Positions 26,655 through 40,237 of a stretch of 64,000 nt of DNA are shown in pieces (the stretch's first letter is position 1; each line of letters starts with the position of its first letter). A model generated the notes under the pieces. That model saw nothing but the letters and a program-made list of their open reading frames with translations, made no database searches and had not been told where the DNA came from. The position numbers and the translations under genes are program-made. The DNA is from Thalia democratica. Its lineage: Eukaryota. The stretch spans positions 94,302,001 to 94,366,000 of the forward strand of contig OZ241826.1 in assembly GCA_965202585.1 (NCBI GenBank). The letters run 5' to 3'.

Positions 26655-28270
26655 AGGGGCATTAAAGAAATTAATGGGACTGTAAGCAGCATAGGGGTTA
26701 GAAGAGGGTCATAACTAGTAAAGGGACTACAAGGGGGTTATAAGGTCACAATTTGTGTATATTCCTGATATGATGACAAAAAGAGCAAAAATTTTAGAAA
26801 AATTAGGGGCCATAAGCTGTTAGAATGATGCCAAAAAGCCATAATTAAAGATTTACGCTAGATATTATGACTTTGATGATCAAGGGCAAAAATAAAAGGT
26901 ATTAGGCTTTTTTTATAGTAGTTTTTAACGAAAACTTGTCGGAGGTGACCATGGATTTTTTAATTTCTTAAAAGGGAGCCTTTTGAAGAAAAATATGTTT
27001 ATGAAACCATGATTTAAAGTTAAACTGACTAAAAATGAAATTTAAACCACAATTATGTAAAAAATATTCTTTATAATTTATGTTGTCAGTTATACAGGGT
27101 AGTCAAAAAACCTGGTAATTCTTGAAATTCCTGTAATTTGACAATTTAGTCTTAAGAAACCTGAAAAATCCTTGAAATTTAGTAATTGAAAAAAAAAAAA
27201 CGTAGAATTTTGAACACTAGTCATAAAAAAAAACTATAATTTTAATACAAAATTTACATGTTCAGTATGAAATTTTAATTTGAGACAAAAAATCTACATT
27301 ATAAATGAAAAATTTTTAAATATCAAAAACTTTCTTATTAAAAACACATTTAAAGTAACTTTACAGTATCTCTTAAATGATTTTATACTACTTAAGACAG
27401 TGTTTAACCTTAAGCTTAGGTTATAATTAAAATTAGAACCAAAAACCTGTACTTCTGAAAATTTAGAAGATATTTTTAAAACAAAAAAAAAAATCTCAAA
27501 AAAATCGGGCAACTCTAGTAACCTTTTGTCTCTTTGTAGATTTAGTACAATAAAAAATTTCATTAACAGATTTTTATAAAAATTATTTTAAAAATTATAA
27601 ATCATGATTACCTGAACTGAATCAAGTTCAGTAATTTTTTTTATCATTCAAATTTTACTCTAAAGCTGTAACTTTAGCAAGTTCTAAATTTTTGTTAGTA
27701 AGTAAATTATAAATTTATAGAAATTAAGCAATAAATGCTTTTAAGAAAAAAATCATACATTTTATTTAGCATAAAATAATGTAAAAGCTGATAAAAAATA
27801 TTAATGAGAGCAAACATATTTTATTTGTATATTTTATGTAGGACTGCTGCTATTTTAGGATATTTAGATTTAGCTGTTGATAATTGACTCTATTAATTTT
27901 GTCAAATGTCAAATTTGTAGCAATCAAATTAAAGTTTTTTAAAAACATGTTTTTTAACTATTTAATGACTCAATAATTGATAAAATTCATAAGAAGTTAT
28001 ATTTAAATGTAAGTACTATGAACAAGAAATATTTTCTATCGTTGTTTTTGTATAAATAAAAAAAGTTTTTTAAAGGCTTATGTTGTAGTATTAACTATAA
28101 CAGACTTTCGATGAGAGTTTTTAATTAAAGTTTAAAAATAAGTAATACTCTTTTTATAAGGAACTACTTTTAAACTTTTTCTTAGCAAGTGAGAATATAT
28201 AGTTTGTTACAACTGTTAATTTTGATTTACAATTGAACAATAGACACTTAACAAATGCTAAACTAAATTA
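26655..28270 (+). repeat. Duplicated module Y, direct repeat of ~40238-41790 (includes a MITE at 27095-27517)
   Basis: ggggcattaaagaaa...gggac...aaatgct colinear with 40238-41790. Confidence 0.9.
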
Positions 28271-28901
28271 TAATATCAAAATACTTTTTAGAAAATTAAA
28301 GATATGACTTTCAAAAATGAATTCTTGATGTTTAAAGAAATGTTTGTTATTAAGATTTAAGATCTAACTACTTAAACAACAGCGAAAAATAATTAATAAA
28401 ATATATTAGTATTATGTAAAAAATAGTTAATTTTGACAAGTATAGTATGATTTGCAGAGCTTTAGAAAAATATTATTGCTTAATAAGCTTAAAAACTCAA
28501 GTTTTTTTTAACTAAAAGATAACTTTTAACAAAGTTTTAATAATTAAAATGTGACTCAAAACTTTAGGACTAAAATTATTGACAATTACCTAATTAAAAA
28601 ATACTATCAGTATCTCAATTAAATTGATATTTAGTTAAAAAGTTATATAGACAGAAGTTCTTTGTTTTAACGGAGTAAAACGTACAGTTTATTTGTGAAA
28701 AATTTTATTTTTATTAGTTTGTCATTGTTTACATTTTATAATTGGTTTTTTAAAAACTTTACCTTTTTTAGAATAAAAAAATTGAGTTAACGAATTTTTA
28801 TTGTTACTAGCATCTATAAGTCAATTATAAGTTTAGAAGTTTGTAATCATCTAAAATATCTAAAATGACTAGACTAGCTTTTCTAGCAAAAATTTTTCTG
28901 A

Positions 28902-28999
28902 GTATGTTTTTATTTTGTAAACACATTTTAAATAGTATTTTACGAAAAGATACTAAAGGTAGAAACATTTTACTAATATTTTGTGTGGTACTTTTACAG
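28902..28999 (+). other. Probable 98-nt 5'UTR intron of the PARP-like gene
   Basis: gtatgt donor, tactaat branch-like motif, cttttacag acceptor 24 nt before ATG 29024. Confidence 0.55.
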
Positions 29000-29023
29000 A
29001 AAAGTTTATAAATAATAAACGTG

Positions 29024-30976
29024 ATGTACTTAAATGATACAAATTTAAACCAGTTAATAAAAGACTTTTCTGGTCCTCAAAACTTTTTGCGCAAGCTTTG
29101 TAATGAAGAAAGAGAAAAGTGTATTAAAAAAATTGAGAATTTAAACAAAGATTATGAGGAAACTAAAAAAAAATTGATAAATGAAGTGAAGGATATTTTT
29201 CAGTACAACACTTCAAGCTTTAAAACACCCTCTCCAAATTTTAAGTACAAACTCGAACTGATGCAAAATGAAGATCCAGATTGTATGATTTTGAAAAGCT
29301 CGCTTGATAAAGGTTCTGAAATCACTATCTCTTCAACTATTACTTCAAGTAATTATTTTAATCTTGTTAAACAGGAGCAACTTGTTTACAGAATTTACAG
29401 AGTAAAAACTAATGATAAAGATATAATTGAGACGAAAAACTCTGAATCTTCTAGTATACTCTTACTTCATGGAACAAAAGGGCCATGTGTAGAAGGTATA
29501 TTGAAAGAAGGATTCAGACCATCGCAATCTGGAAGTCTTGGCCCAGGAGTGTATTTAACTAACAGTTTTATTTATGCTTTCAAGTATGGTAATAGTTTTG
29601 TAAATGATGGGGAAGCTCCTAAAAACTTGTGTTACTTGTTTGTTAGTAAAGTTAAAACTTCTAATACAAACGTAGTCTATGAAAAATTAAGTAAAGACAA
29701 GCGGGATATCAATTTAAGCAAAAGTAATATTTTATTTGCAGCTCCTAAAACTACTGCCTATTATGAAAATGGTAAGAAACAGACTTTTGGAAATTCAACA
29801 AGTCGACAACCAGAAAAAAGTATAGAAGATTATGCTTATAATAAACCATTCCTAAAGCTTTTTTGTAGAGATAGGCTCAACAGAATATTAACAACTGTAA
29901 AAGACTCCCCTCAGGACAAGCTTGACAGTCAGAAAAACAAAATTATGGAAGGTACATTTAGCTATAAATTATTAGAAGAAAAAGTAGCTGTAGCCCATCA
30001 TGACTTAGTTACTCCTGCCTATTTGATAGAAGTTGAAGTTAAACAAAATATACAAGAAAATGTTAATAATGTACTATACAACGCATTAAAGGTGCATAGG
30101 TTTAGTAAACAAGCTAATACAAAAATACAACCTGAGTTTCAGTCTAAAGTTTCAATAGATGAAACTTGTTTGAAAACAACAAGCGAATACTCTTCAGAAC
30201 AGTTTTATTCAGAGTTAGAGTCGGAAATAAATCTAAACCAAAGAGCAAAAATAGAATTTATAAAATCTAAATTTGATCACAAAATTGTTTCAATTACTCA
30301 ACGATTATCTTTTAAAGTAAGCAGTCTATTGAAAACTTCTAGTGATAGTTCTATATTGTATAAGACTGAACTATTGAAATCTACAAATAAAGATCATCAA
30401 TTTATCTTACGTTCGATAAATGATCAAAATACTAAAGATATCTTTAAAGCTCGACATATCTTTAGAATTAACTATGTTGATCAAAATCAGCTTGAAACAA
30501 TTCAAAATGCTGACCTTATTCTTCAAGGAGTTAAGTGTGACAAAATTTTAAATGTATTTAAGTCTGGCTATCCAAAAGATTGGGAATCTTATGATAAACA
30601 GTGCACAAAATATTGTTTTGGTGAAGACATTTTACCCTCATACAACTGCTCTTGTAGAGCGTCTAACATGTTGACAAACGAAATTTCAAAAGGCACTTGT
30701 TATTCTAAAGTAGACGGTGAAATAAAAAAATTGTTTTTTGTTTTTGTTGTAGGCTACAAAAAACAAAATACAAAAAATGATTTAATTGTTGATAGACCAC
30801 GTCTATTAGAAGGCAAAAATGAGGAAAGATCTGTAGATTTTAAGAAACCTACAATTGTTATATCAGACAGCAGAGGTTGTTCCATTTCTTCAGGCTCTTT
30901 TATAAATCCTACAAACCCGATTCAATTACCTACAATAAAGATGGTACCTGCATATTTGATTATATTCAACACTTAG
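29024..30976 (+). CDS. PARP/ART (diphtheria-toxin-like ADP-ribosyltransferase) family protein with two tandem ART-like domains, 650 aa, intronless
   Basis: Domain 1: LLLHGT...GILKEGF..S.SG.LGPGVYLT....YAFKY...EEKVAVAHHDLVTPAYLIEV. Domain 2 is degenerate: ILQGVK...VFKSGYP...MVPAYLIIF. Confidence 0.85.
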   Translation: MYLNDTNLNQLIKDFSGPQNFLRKLCNEEREKCIKKIENLNKDYEETKKKLINEVKDIFQYNTSSFKTPSPNFKYKLELMQNEDPDCMILKSSLDKGSEITISSTITSSNYFNLVKQEQLVYRIYRVKTNDKDIIETKNSESSSILLLHGTKGPCVEGILKEGFRPSQSGSLGPGVYLTNSFIYAFKYGNSFVNDGEAPKNLCYLFVSKVKTSNTNVVYEKLSKDKRDINLSKSNILFAAPKTTAYYENGKKQTFGNSTSRQPEKSIEDYAYNKPFLKLFCRDRLNRILTTVKDSPQDKLDSQKNKIMEGTFSYKLLEEKVAVAHHDLVTPAYLIEVEVKQNIQENVNNVLYNALKVHRFSKQANTKIQPEFQSKVSIDETCLKTTSEYSSEQFYSELESEINLNQRAKIEFIKSKFDHKIVSITQRLSFKVSSLLKTSSDSSILYKTELLKSTNKDHQFILRSINDQNTKDIFKARHIFRINYVDQNQLETIQNADLILQGVKCDKILNVFKSGYPKDWESYDKQCTKYCFGEDILPSYNCSCRASNMLTNEISKGTCYSKVDGEIKKLFFVFVVGYKKQNTKNDLIVDRPRLLEGKNEERSVDFKKPTIVISDSRGCSISSGSFINPTNPIQLPTIKMVPAYLIIFNT

Positions 30977-32874
30977 TATATAAAAACAGTCGAAATTTTT
31001 CTGTTTTTGAACAAAGTTTATTTGGTTATCAAATGTCTAACAGCAGATTTTCCTAAAATATCTAATTTTTCAAGCATTTTAAGTACACTGGACCGTTAAA
31101 ATTCTATTTTTAGTTAAGAAAAAAAAATATGTTTTTAACTTGGATTTAAAGGTAAGTGTACTGTTTGTTTAACAAATATAGGTTTTCTTTAAGAAATTTA
31201 TTTATTCATAAGTCGTTTGATTTAAAAATTGTTTAAATTATAAACGACTATTTCTCTTTTTACATCTTAAGTTTTGCTGAATAAGTTTCTTGTAGTAACT
31301 TTTTTTATATAAAATAAACTGGATTTATTTTCCGAAAATATCTTAATGTTCGTGATGTTTTTTTGTCATTACTTCTTATCTTATAAATTTCGTTAAATAA
31401 ATTTGTTTTCATACTACACAATAAACTTTCAATAAAAACATTGTTTAAAGTTTTGTTTTATATCAGTCTTTTTATATTTAATGTTGTTCTTTTAAAAAAA
31501 AACTTAAAGGTTTTTAAAAAAGGTTAAATGTAACAATAAAAAATCTTGATTAAAAGTTTAGTTCTGGAAAAAAATATTGTAAATTTATATCTACATACAT
31601 TTATATTTCTGACAGGATAAAGTTCGAGTATGATTTTTGTAGGCTGAAATATTTTTAAATTTGAATCAATCTTTTATTTTACAACTTCTATGTTTTTAGC
31701 TTAAAAATGTGTAATGCTATTCCTCTATATAAATATATAAAATTGTATTAGTTTATTTACAAGTGTTTCAAGTATTTAAAAGTGAATGAGCAGCAAAATA
31801 TTTGTTATAAAGATTTTTTTTAATTGATGTAAATGTTTAAACTAAACTTTAACTGTATTATGGTTATAACTAAAAATCAGAAGTCAGCTACCTCTAAAAT
31901 TAACGATTTGAAATAGTTAAAACAAATCTTTTTGGTACATATTGATTTTAAAATTACAATAACAATGTTAGTTATCAATAGTATTAGTTAGCGTTTCCTT
32001 AGTTGTTTCTTTGGTTTAAGAGTTATCTATGTAAACAACAGAACTACTAATCTCTTAAACCTGTAGGTCATTAATTAAAAAAAAATAAGTAAAACTTTAC
32101 AAAACGTCACAATTAAAATACTGTTTTAAAACAACTCTTCATTAAAAGATCAATTTTTTGTATTAAAAAAAAAAAAAACATTTTTTACGTATGGTAAAGT
32201 TATATTCCATACTTTTTTATTACTCTAAAATTAAAAAATAAACATACATTTACTTCATTAATTTCAACTATCCCTATAAGTATAAGAAAACAAATAAATA
32301 TTCAAAACAGACATTTAAACAACTTTTTAGCTACGAATATTGAACTGATCATTTATCATTAAGTGATTTAACTGGTGTTTAGTTTGAATTAAAAAAGAAA
32401 GGTTCATGATAACTTTATAAACGAAGTAAAAAACGAAACAAGAACTTTGAAAAATTAAGTATCTCACTAAAAAATTAAACTGATCGTTTGATTTTGTTTA
32501 CTGCTTTTAAGATTGTTGTTTTTATTTCTAATGAAAGCAGGATACTTCTGAACATTTAACTGTTTTAATGTTGACAAAAATAGTGTAGGTTTAAGATTGA
32601 CCTGATAAACAACCTTTAAAATCAGTGTTATTTAAGAACAATTTTAACTGTAAGCTTATTTGAGTATCACTTGAAATGTAACTTTAAATAGAATATAAAC
32701 TGTTAAAAGTATAAAACAGTTTGAAACTGTTATAAATATTTATGCCAAAGATAATTTAAAAAAAAAAGTCTTGAAACGCTTTAGACATTAAAAAAAATAA
32801 TAAAACGTCGAAGTTAAAACTTTAGTAATTAAATGAACAGTAGAGAAGTGTATTAATTCTGGGTCGTAATGTGA

Positions 32875-35800
32875 TAAACTTCTTCCCATTAATAATATTT
32901 TACCAAAGTTTTTCAAATAAAACTGTTTTTCAGGGATGCCTAAAATTTTACAAAAAAGTATAAATTCAAGTATTCAGTTTATTAAGGTAATTTACAATAA
33001 ACACATAAAAGAGTAACTCAATTTATTTTGATTAACTATTTTAAAAATAAATTAGTTTTATTTTTTTAGTACAATCTTTCAATATATTCAAACAAAGTTT
33101 TAAAACACTACATGTTTATTGCAATAAAGTTAAATCAAACGTATTTAATTTATTACGTAAACATAAAAAATTTTACCTAATTTGTTCTCAATTTTCGCTT
33201 TTAGACTTGTCTTATATTACTTTTACACAATTCTTATTTTATGTAATATTCTTTATTATTCATTGCTTATCCGTTCTTTAGTTTTGGAACTAAAAACGTT
33301 TATTTTTAGCAGGAATGATTGAGAAAGTTTAAAGCATTTAGCTAAAAAACAACTATAAAAATTATTTTTAAATTTCTTATGAAAATGACACTTATTTATA
33401 CCAATAGCTAAGTCCAAATCGAAATGTATGAATTACAATCAAAATTATAATTAGTGATGTTTTAAAATAACCAACGTTTTGAACTAAAAATTATCTTATC
33501 AAGCTGATAATTTAGCAAAAAAAGACATTTTGTTATAAACACTAAAGTTGGCGCTCAAATTTTAAGTGAAAATAATCGAGCTAGTTCGATTAATACGTCA
33601 TAAAACGAAAGTTAATTTTATCTAATAATTTTTCTTAAGCAATTCATTTGTTAACTGTATGTTTAAAAGTTACAGCTTAAAAAGTTTGTGTTATTTTTTT
33701 CTAACCATCAATATTATATTAGACCATTTTGTTTTGAAGTTTTATGTCTTAAATGTGCAGTAATGTAATAAGCTTAAGCTCGTTGGAAATGACCCAAAGA
33801 CTCTTATCAACTTCTTTTTGTTCAAGCAAATATGCTATTACTTACAACTTTTGTTTAGTCTACTTTGCAAGTATGGTTTAGATATGATTTTATATCAGAA
33901 TTTCTAATTAGTGCATGAAAAAAAGCTTAAGAATACTATTAAACCGTAGCAAGAATGTGTAGCTGTAGCAACATTTTGCACTAAAAATAAAAGTCAACAC
34001 ACACAAAGTGTCTACCTAAGCTATCATTTTTTCTATACAAACGCTGAAAAAATTAGATGTGTCTTTAGTTATATTTTTTCACAAAAATCTGATGATCAAT
34101 AGCTAACTTCTTGATGATTGACAAGTAACTAAACCAACATTGACTTTTTTGCTTGACCAATTGTGGTATGTTACTTATTTCAATCATGGGTCATTTCTTC
34201 TTTATCTCATTCTGCTTGATTTGCTTTTGACAAACTTGCAATAAGAGTCTCTTTCTTCAGTAACTGGCGAAGATACTTGAGTGTCTTTTTCTGCGGTATT
34301 AAAATCTATCTTACCTTTGATTTGCTTTTGTTTAGGTTAAGCAATTGAAAGTATAGCTTTATATATGCATAGTTCATTGGTAAACCATTATTATGAACCA
34401 AATTCTAAGTGTTGTTATATTCAATTAAGTCAAAAATTGCACATAGATCTTATTTTGTTAGAAAGTAGTGCTATCAAAGATTTTAGGCATATGTTTGAAA
34501 ACTCTATATTTTGAATTTAGAGGGAAATATCTTTATGGTCTATTATTGTTATGAAAGCGTCTGTTAATGTGAAATAAAATGTGCATGTTTTGAGTTTTAC
34601 TTCATATTAGTTTTATTGAAGAAAGTCCTACACACCTGAAGGATCCTAACACTTGGACTTTATAATCGTAAAGGTTAATCTTAAAGGCAACTTGCCTCAA
34701 TTAAGAAGAAAAGTTCATTTGAGATATTGAAATCATTGCACTAGTTAGTGTGAGCATATCATTTGAATTAACCTTAAAGTATTTTATTTGGTTTTGATAA
34801 TGTAAGTGCACTGAACATATGGAAAAAAAGTAGAATTTTTCATACTGTTGAAAACTCTACAAATTAATATTGTCATCATCTTGATATATCTGGAAATCAT
34901 TTTTTTTTGTATAAATTTTGTTTAATTTATCACATATTGTCTATTTATTACATTCAACAACGAATGCATATAAACGTAGCTGAAGTCTGTTTCAACTTTA
35001 AACGGCAGAAGTTTGGATAATGTACAGCCATTTTCACAAAAACCCTGAACTATCTGGTAGAACAAAAATAATTATTATTGACATTACAAAACTTTACAAA
35101 TCATGTTGCCAATAACGTGTTTGTAAAGTAGTATTGCGTCCTTATCTTACTTGATCTGTTTATAAGGCTTGTTAGAGCCTTAATTATGTGGCAGAGCTAA
35201 CGTGTACTATAACTTAATCTTTTCTGTACCTAGCTTTGTAACAATAGTTACTTACCATAATATTTAGTCGTATGTATTTATAACATTTAATAAAGAATGC
35301 ATAAAAACATAGCTGCAGTCGGTTTCACCTTTGAATGCAGAAGCTTGGAAAACTGCTTTCTTAAAATTAATTGTGCTTCACCTTTGGAACATTTCCTTTT
35401 TATATTTTTAGGAATTTTCCGAAAGTTTAAATATATTTATTGCCTGTTTTACACAAATTTACCTACTCCGGTCTCAGAAAATCCAGACAACATGATTATG
35501 ATAGTAGCTTTTCAGTAGCTAGATTACCTACATATTTATTTAATGGTGGTTTATAATTTGCCTTTTCAGCCATGTGACAGCTTTACATATCTGTCAAGAT
35601 TTCCAATTTATAAGGTTACCGTGGAGCTGGGCAGCAAGTTATTGACGATCTGAAACTTAAGGGCGTATTTGTCCCATCTTCTATGTTCAGGGCTTGGTTA
35701 ACGAACCCTTATCTTTATATATGTTTAACTAATTTTAAACTTATTAGATGTTGAAGAAAAATCATTTAATTTCTATTTTACTAAAAGTTTTATTACGGGC

Positions 35801-38800
35801 TTCAGCAGTACTTCTGACGTCTTAGTCAAATAACAATAATCCCTTTCCAAGCTTATAAATTGTTTGAATATTAGTACTTCACATTAAAGTTAATAAATGC
35901 CAGAACTTTGTGAGTTGTCTCAGCAAAAATTTTTAGCTGCTCTATTATTTAAAAGTCAATTTCTTAATTTATTTTGATTTGACGTAAAGTTCTGCAAGAA
36001 AGTTTATTTATTTACTTATTCTTCTTTTTTTAGATAAATTTCTGTCTGACAATTTAAACATTAAAATTAATTGAGTTTTTCTTTAAAACAGCTGGTATCA
36101 ATGACTGGTTTTTGGCTGGATCACCGAATCCACAAAATCTATTAATTTCTGTGGTTTTATTAATTATAACATGCTTTTTTTTTACTAGTTGTGGATTGTT
36201 ATCTTTAACTGTGGCTTTTCTACTACTATTTGTGATATTGTTACCTTGCTTTACCCACAACATCGGTCAACTTATATCTGAGCAGTTTAGGCATTTGTTT
36301 GCTTGGAGGACCAGCTTCCTTCCTTATAAAGTCTACACCCGTTGAACTGTTCTGAGTCTCTTCAACGCTTGTGTTGGTTTCAATAGTAGCGTTACTGTTT
36401 TCAAACACAGTTTCACTTAGACTGAAAAACTACAAGAAAACTGTAGTTACATACAAAAATTCAGCCAAAACCTCGTTATCAAGTTGAAGCCACTGTATAA
36501 ATTTTAACACGTTATAAATTTACTAAATTATAAATACTGATTAATTTTAAAATAATTAAGTTACTTGATTTAATTGTCCGAAATTTCTCCCCAAATGTCA
36601 TTATATTTCCAATTCGTGGGTGATTCATTTAGGCTAGATTTTCAGTTAGTACACTCTTTGTCCGTTGAGTAGCTGTTATGCAAAAAGTATTTGCTATTTC
36701 TTAAGTAAAATTAGGTTTGCTTTTTTTTCATTAAAATTTATTACTATAATGTTTGACAAAACCTTTTTTTTCAACATATTATACTATGAATTCTTTTACA
36801 TTTAATTTTTTTTACCAGCTTAAGAATTTTTATATTGAGAACCTAAAACTCATACAAGCTTTTTCTTATAAACACTATGATATGAAAACCTAAAACTATT
36901 TTGAAAATAAATAACATACTTTCAATCAAAAAACTTTTACAGTTTAGCAGCTTAAACAAGAAGATAAAAAAAACAATAACTGCTGTATGTACCTAAAAAA
37001 GTTTTAGGTCAAAATTAAGTTTTCTGCTTTATCTTATTTGTACTTCACAATAATAAGTTTTAAAAACAACTTACAAGTTGCTGACCACTTGTAACTTGAG
37101 AGCGTAATTTGTTCTATCAAGTGAGTGGTATGCGGACAATACGGTTCCCATTCCGCCCTTTAACTTAACATATGAAAAAAAAATACTAGCTTACAACATT
37201 TTGAGTACATAATCTTAAATAAATTTTAAAGCTTGATTATTATTAAAGCTTTGAAAGTATTAATCATATATACTGAAAAAAGTGTTTGTTTACAAATCAA
37301 AAAGTCAAGCTAAGATCCTTGTTTAAAGTGCAAGCAGTGTATTTTAGGTTACATTTATAAATTTACAAAACATTTACAAATTTAGATGCAGGTTTGAGCA
37401 CCAGCAAATTTTTGCACTTCCTTTCTCCATAACTCCGCTTAACTTATATCTTAGCAGTTTAGGCATTTGTTTTCTCGGAGGACCAGTTTTCTTTCCAAAA
37501 AAAGTCCACACCAGTTGAACTGTTCCTAGTATCTTCAAAGTTTGTGTTGGTTTGAATAGTAGCGTTCCTTTTTGTTTCAACAGTAGCGTTTATGTTAACT
37601 TCAACTGTGGCGTTTCTGATACTTTCTGTGGTATTGTTACTTCTAACAAGCGTTTCTATTACTATTTTTGGTATTGTTACCTTACTTTACCCATAACGCC
37701 GGTCAATTTATATTTAAGCATTTTAGGCATTCGTTTGCTTGGAGGCCCAGTTTTCTTCCTTAACTTGCGTATAAGCACAAGTTAATATAGAATTTTGGGA
37801 AAGCTGCATACCACAAACTATCATTTAGTACAGAACATTCAAATTTCAACTTGTCCCATTTATGTTAAGCATATAAACTCGTCCCTGAATAAATCTAATC
37901 TAATAAACCTATTATTTTTACACAAACAATTTTGATATATTATAAGTAATAATATTCCTCAGAATGTTTTAGATAGCCTTTACCTATCACGTACATTTCA
38001 TTAACATATTAAATTAAGAATGATACGATTTAGCTACATTCACATAACATAAAAATTCATGATCCTTCTATGATTCGGATGTGTTTAATTTTGTTAAATC
38101 ATACATATATGTATATATATGTTTATGTGCATATGATAATGTATTTAAGTAACTTTTTATGCTAACTCTCATATTTAAAATCAAACTCAGAATAGTATAC
38201 GTGAAAACATAATAGTAGACTAAGTCCATATTATCTTATTATAAAAACTCATTCTAAAACAACGCTTTACAAAAGTTACAAGTATAAGTGCTAAGGAATA
38301 AAAAAATACAGTTTAAGTATATAGTTGTGTTGTACGACTCAATAACTGAAATGTTTTTTGTACACCAGGTCCTTAGACAAAACTTTTGAGGGCTTTTTTA
38401 TCGTTTAATAAACAGTATTTATAGTTAGTTTTTGTTGTAGTAATAACTAGTTTTAAAAGGTATAAGTCACATTGTTTTTGTTAAAAACGTTAAAGAGTTC
38501 TAAAAGTTAAAGAACTGTTTTATTAGGTTGTAGTATAATTATTAAACATAGTTTAAACATAAAGTCTACCTTTTTTTTAGTTATTAGTTAGGTAACACTT
38601 TAGTTTAATGCACTAAATTCTTAAGTTTTCTAACAAAAGCCTTATAATTTTATTCTGAATATACACACACTTGTTTTTATTTACTGTTAATAAAAGTATT
38701 TAATAACTAATTTACATAAACTTTAATTATAAGGAGTTGAAAATGCAAACTAATTTAATATTTTTAATACAATAGTTCTGTATTTTTACTTTATTCCTTA

Positions 38801-40215
38801 CCCAACTGCTTAAAAAAATTACAAATTAGGTGTATTGAAAACTTTACTTTAGACCCAAATTCTTGCAACAATAGTTTAAGAGACCTAGGCAATACCTTAA
38901 AAAAATCTAACTATTTAAATTGGTACATATAAGTTTAAATACGTGATAGTAATGAAGTCATAAATATAATAATATGAAATTTAAATTGTTTTAAAAACAT
39001 TTATGAATATGTTTAACAAACTTACAAAAACAAATGTTTTTTTTTCTTTGAGCTTAAGTTATTGTATCAAACTGAAATCACACGTCAAAATCCTTAAATT
39101 TAAGGACAATATATACCTTTTATACTACCTTAATTTTTAAAAATAAATAATTTTTTGAATACTGAATCTAAAATCAGTGAAACAAGTGCAAATTTATATT
39201 ATTTGATAATATAAGCTCATTAAAAAAAAATTGGACAAATAGTAGAACTAGCAGGAAATGTCAAATATTATATAAAGGTTAAGTACATTACTAGTGTTTT
39301 TCTTATCAATTTTGTCTATTTAACCAAATTAAAAATCACAGTGTTTTTCTAAAAAATTTTGTTTCAAAAAAGCTTTTATAACTAGTTTTTACTTATAACA
39401 TAGTTTAAGTTATTAAAAAATAATATATTATTTAAAGAATATAATTCCTACTATCACTTATTTTGAATGTGTCAAATTTTTCTTAGGCATTAATTATCAA
39501 AAACCTCACTTTTTCACTTATTTGATTTATATTAGTAAATACTTTTATTAAATTTGTAAAGTCACTATCCTAGTTTTCCAATTTCACTGTCTTTTATTAA
39601 TTATACCTAAAATTTTTTAAAGCAACATTTGTAAAAGTAGCTTAAAAAAAAGCTATAGACAAAAGCTTACTTATAATTAAGTTTTTTTAATCCTGTCACT
39701 AAAAATATCACCTGCTTAAAATTCTTTAGTAGGAAGGTAAATATAAATTGTGTATTTAAATTTTAGATATAAAAATTCCCCATTTCCTTATTCTTAAATC
39801 CTCATCCATAACCCATGTTTCCCAGCTCAGAATTGCCACCTACCTGGAATAACCTAGATTTAGGCTAAAAAACCTGGAAAAACCTAGAACTTGAGAAATT
39901 TTGAAAAAAAAAAGAAAAATATGAAATTTTGTACAAAAATCACTAAAATAACCTTGAATTCAAACATTTTTCACATGTTAAGTAGTAAAACTTTGGTTTG
40001 ACTCAATAATCTAACAATAAAGTTTCTATTTAAAAACATATTAAAGTAGCTTTACAGTATCTTTTCATTGTTTTAATACTATTTATTACAATTTTTTACC
40101 CTAAACTAAATTCTAAACAAAAATGGACCAGATATGTGTACTTATAAAAACGTGGAAGAAATTTAAAAAGCCGTGAAGAATTTTGGAAAATCTGGATAAA
40201 TTTTTTGAAAAAACT
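32875..40215 (-). repeat. Right arm of large inverted segmental duplication
   Basis: Reverse complement of 1-9165; roughly 80-92% identity by eye, with indels. Confidence 0.95.
34640..37890 (-). pseudogene. Decayed kinase gene, right-arm copy, with a second kinase N-lobe fragment
   Basis: 37161-37075 reads KGGMGTVLSAYHSLDRTNYALKLQVVSNL then gtaagt. 36673-36565 reads MNHPRI..YNDIWGEIS with frameshifts. ~35712-35465 reads GFVNQALNIEDGT-YALKFQIVNNL (second subdomain I-II, frameshifted). Confidence 0.6.
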
Positions 40216-40227
40216 ATGGCAACCCTG
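39828..40227 (+). mobile_element. CAGGGTTGCC-family MITE (same insertion site as 25175-25568, duplicated)
   Basis: ccagct|cagaattgcc...ggcaaccctg|ccatcc; flanks 39543-39827 match 24885-25174. Confidence 0.8.
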
Positions 40228-40237
40228 CCATCCCCTT

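Noticed and set aside
16510-28999. Spliced-leader trans-splicing for the UBL5-like and PARP-like genes
   Set aside because: Good cis donors lie 70 and 98 nt upstream; trans-splicing stays open only for the other genes.
37374-37580. ORF-track peptide ...KTGPPRKQMPKLLRYKLSGVMEK as the real product
   Set aside because: In the copy at ~3940-4060 the frame continuous with the NATVE repeats is the other one (ERKLGL..CLNCSN); the true frame is uncertain, so it was not called.
1-40215. Arms as TIRs of a giant transposon, Polinton or endogenous virus
   Set aside because: The arms are diverged, contain an intron-bearing pseudogene and MITEs, and no polymerase, integrase, capsid or transposase lies between them.
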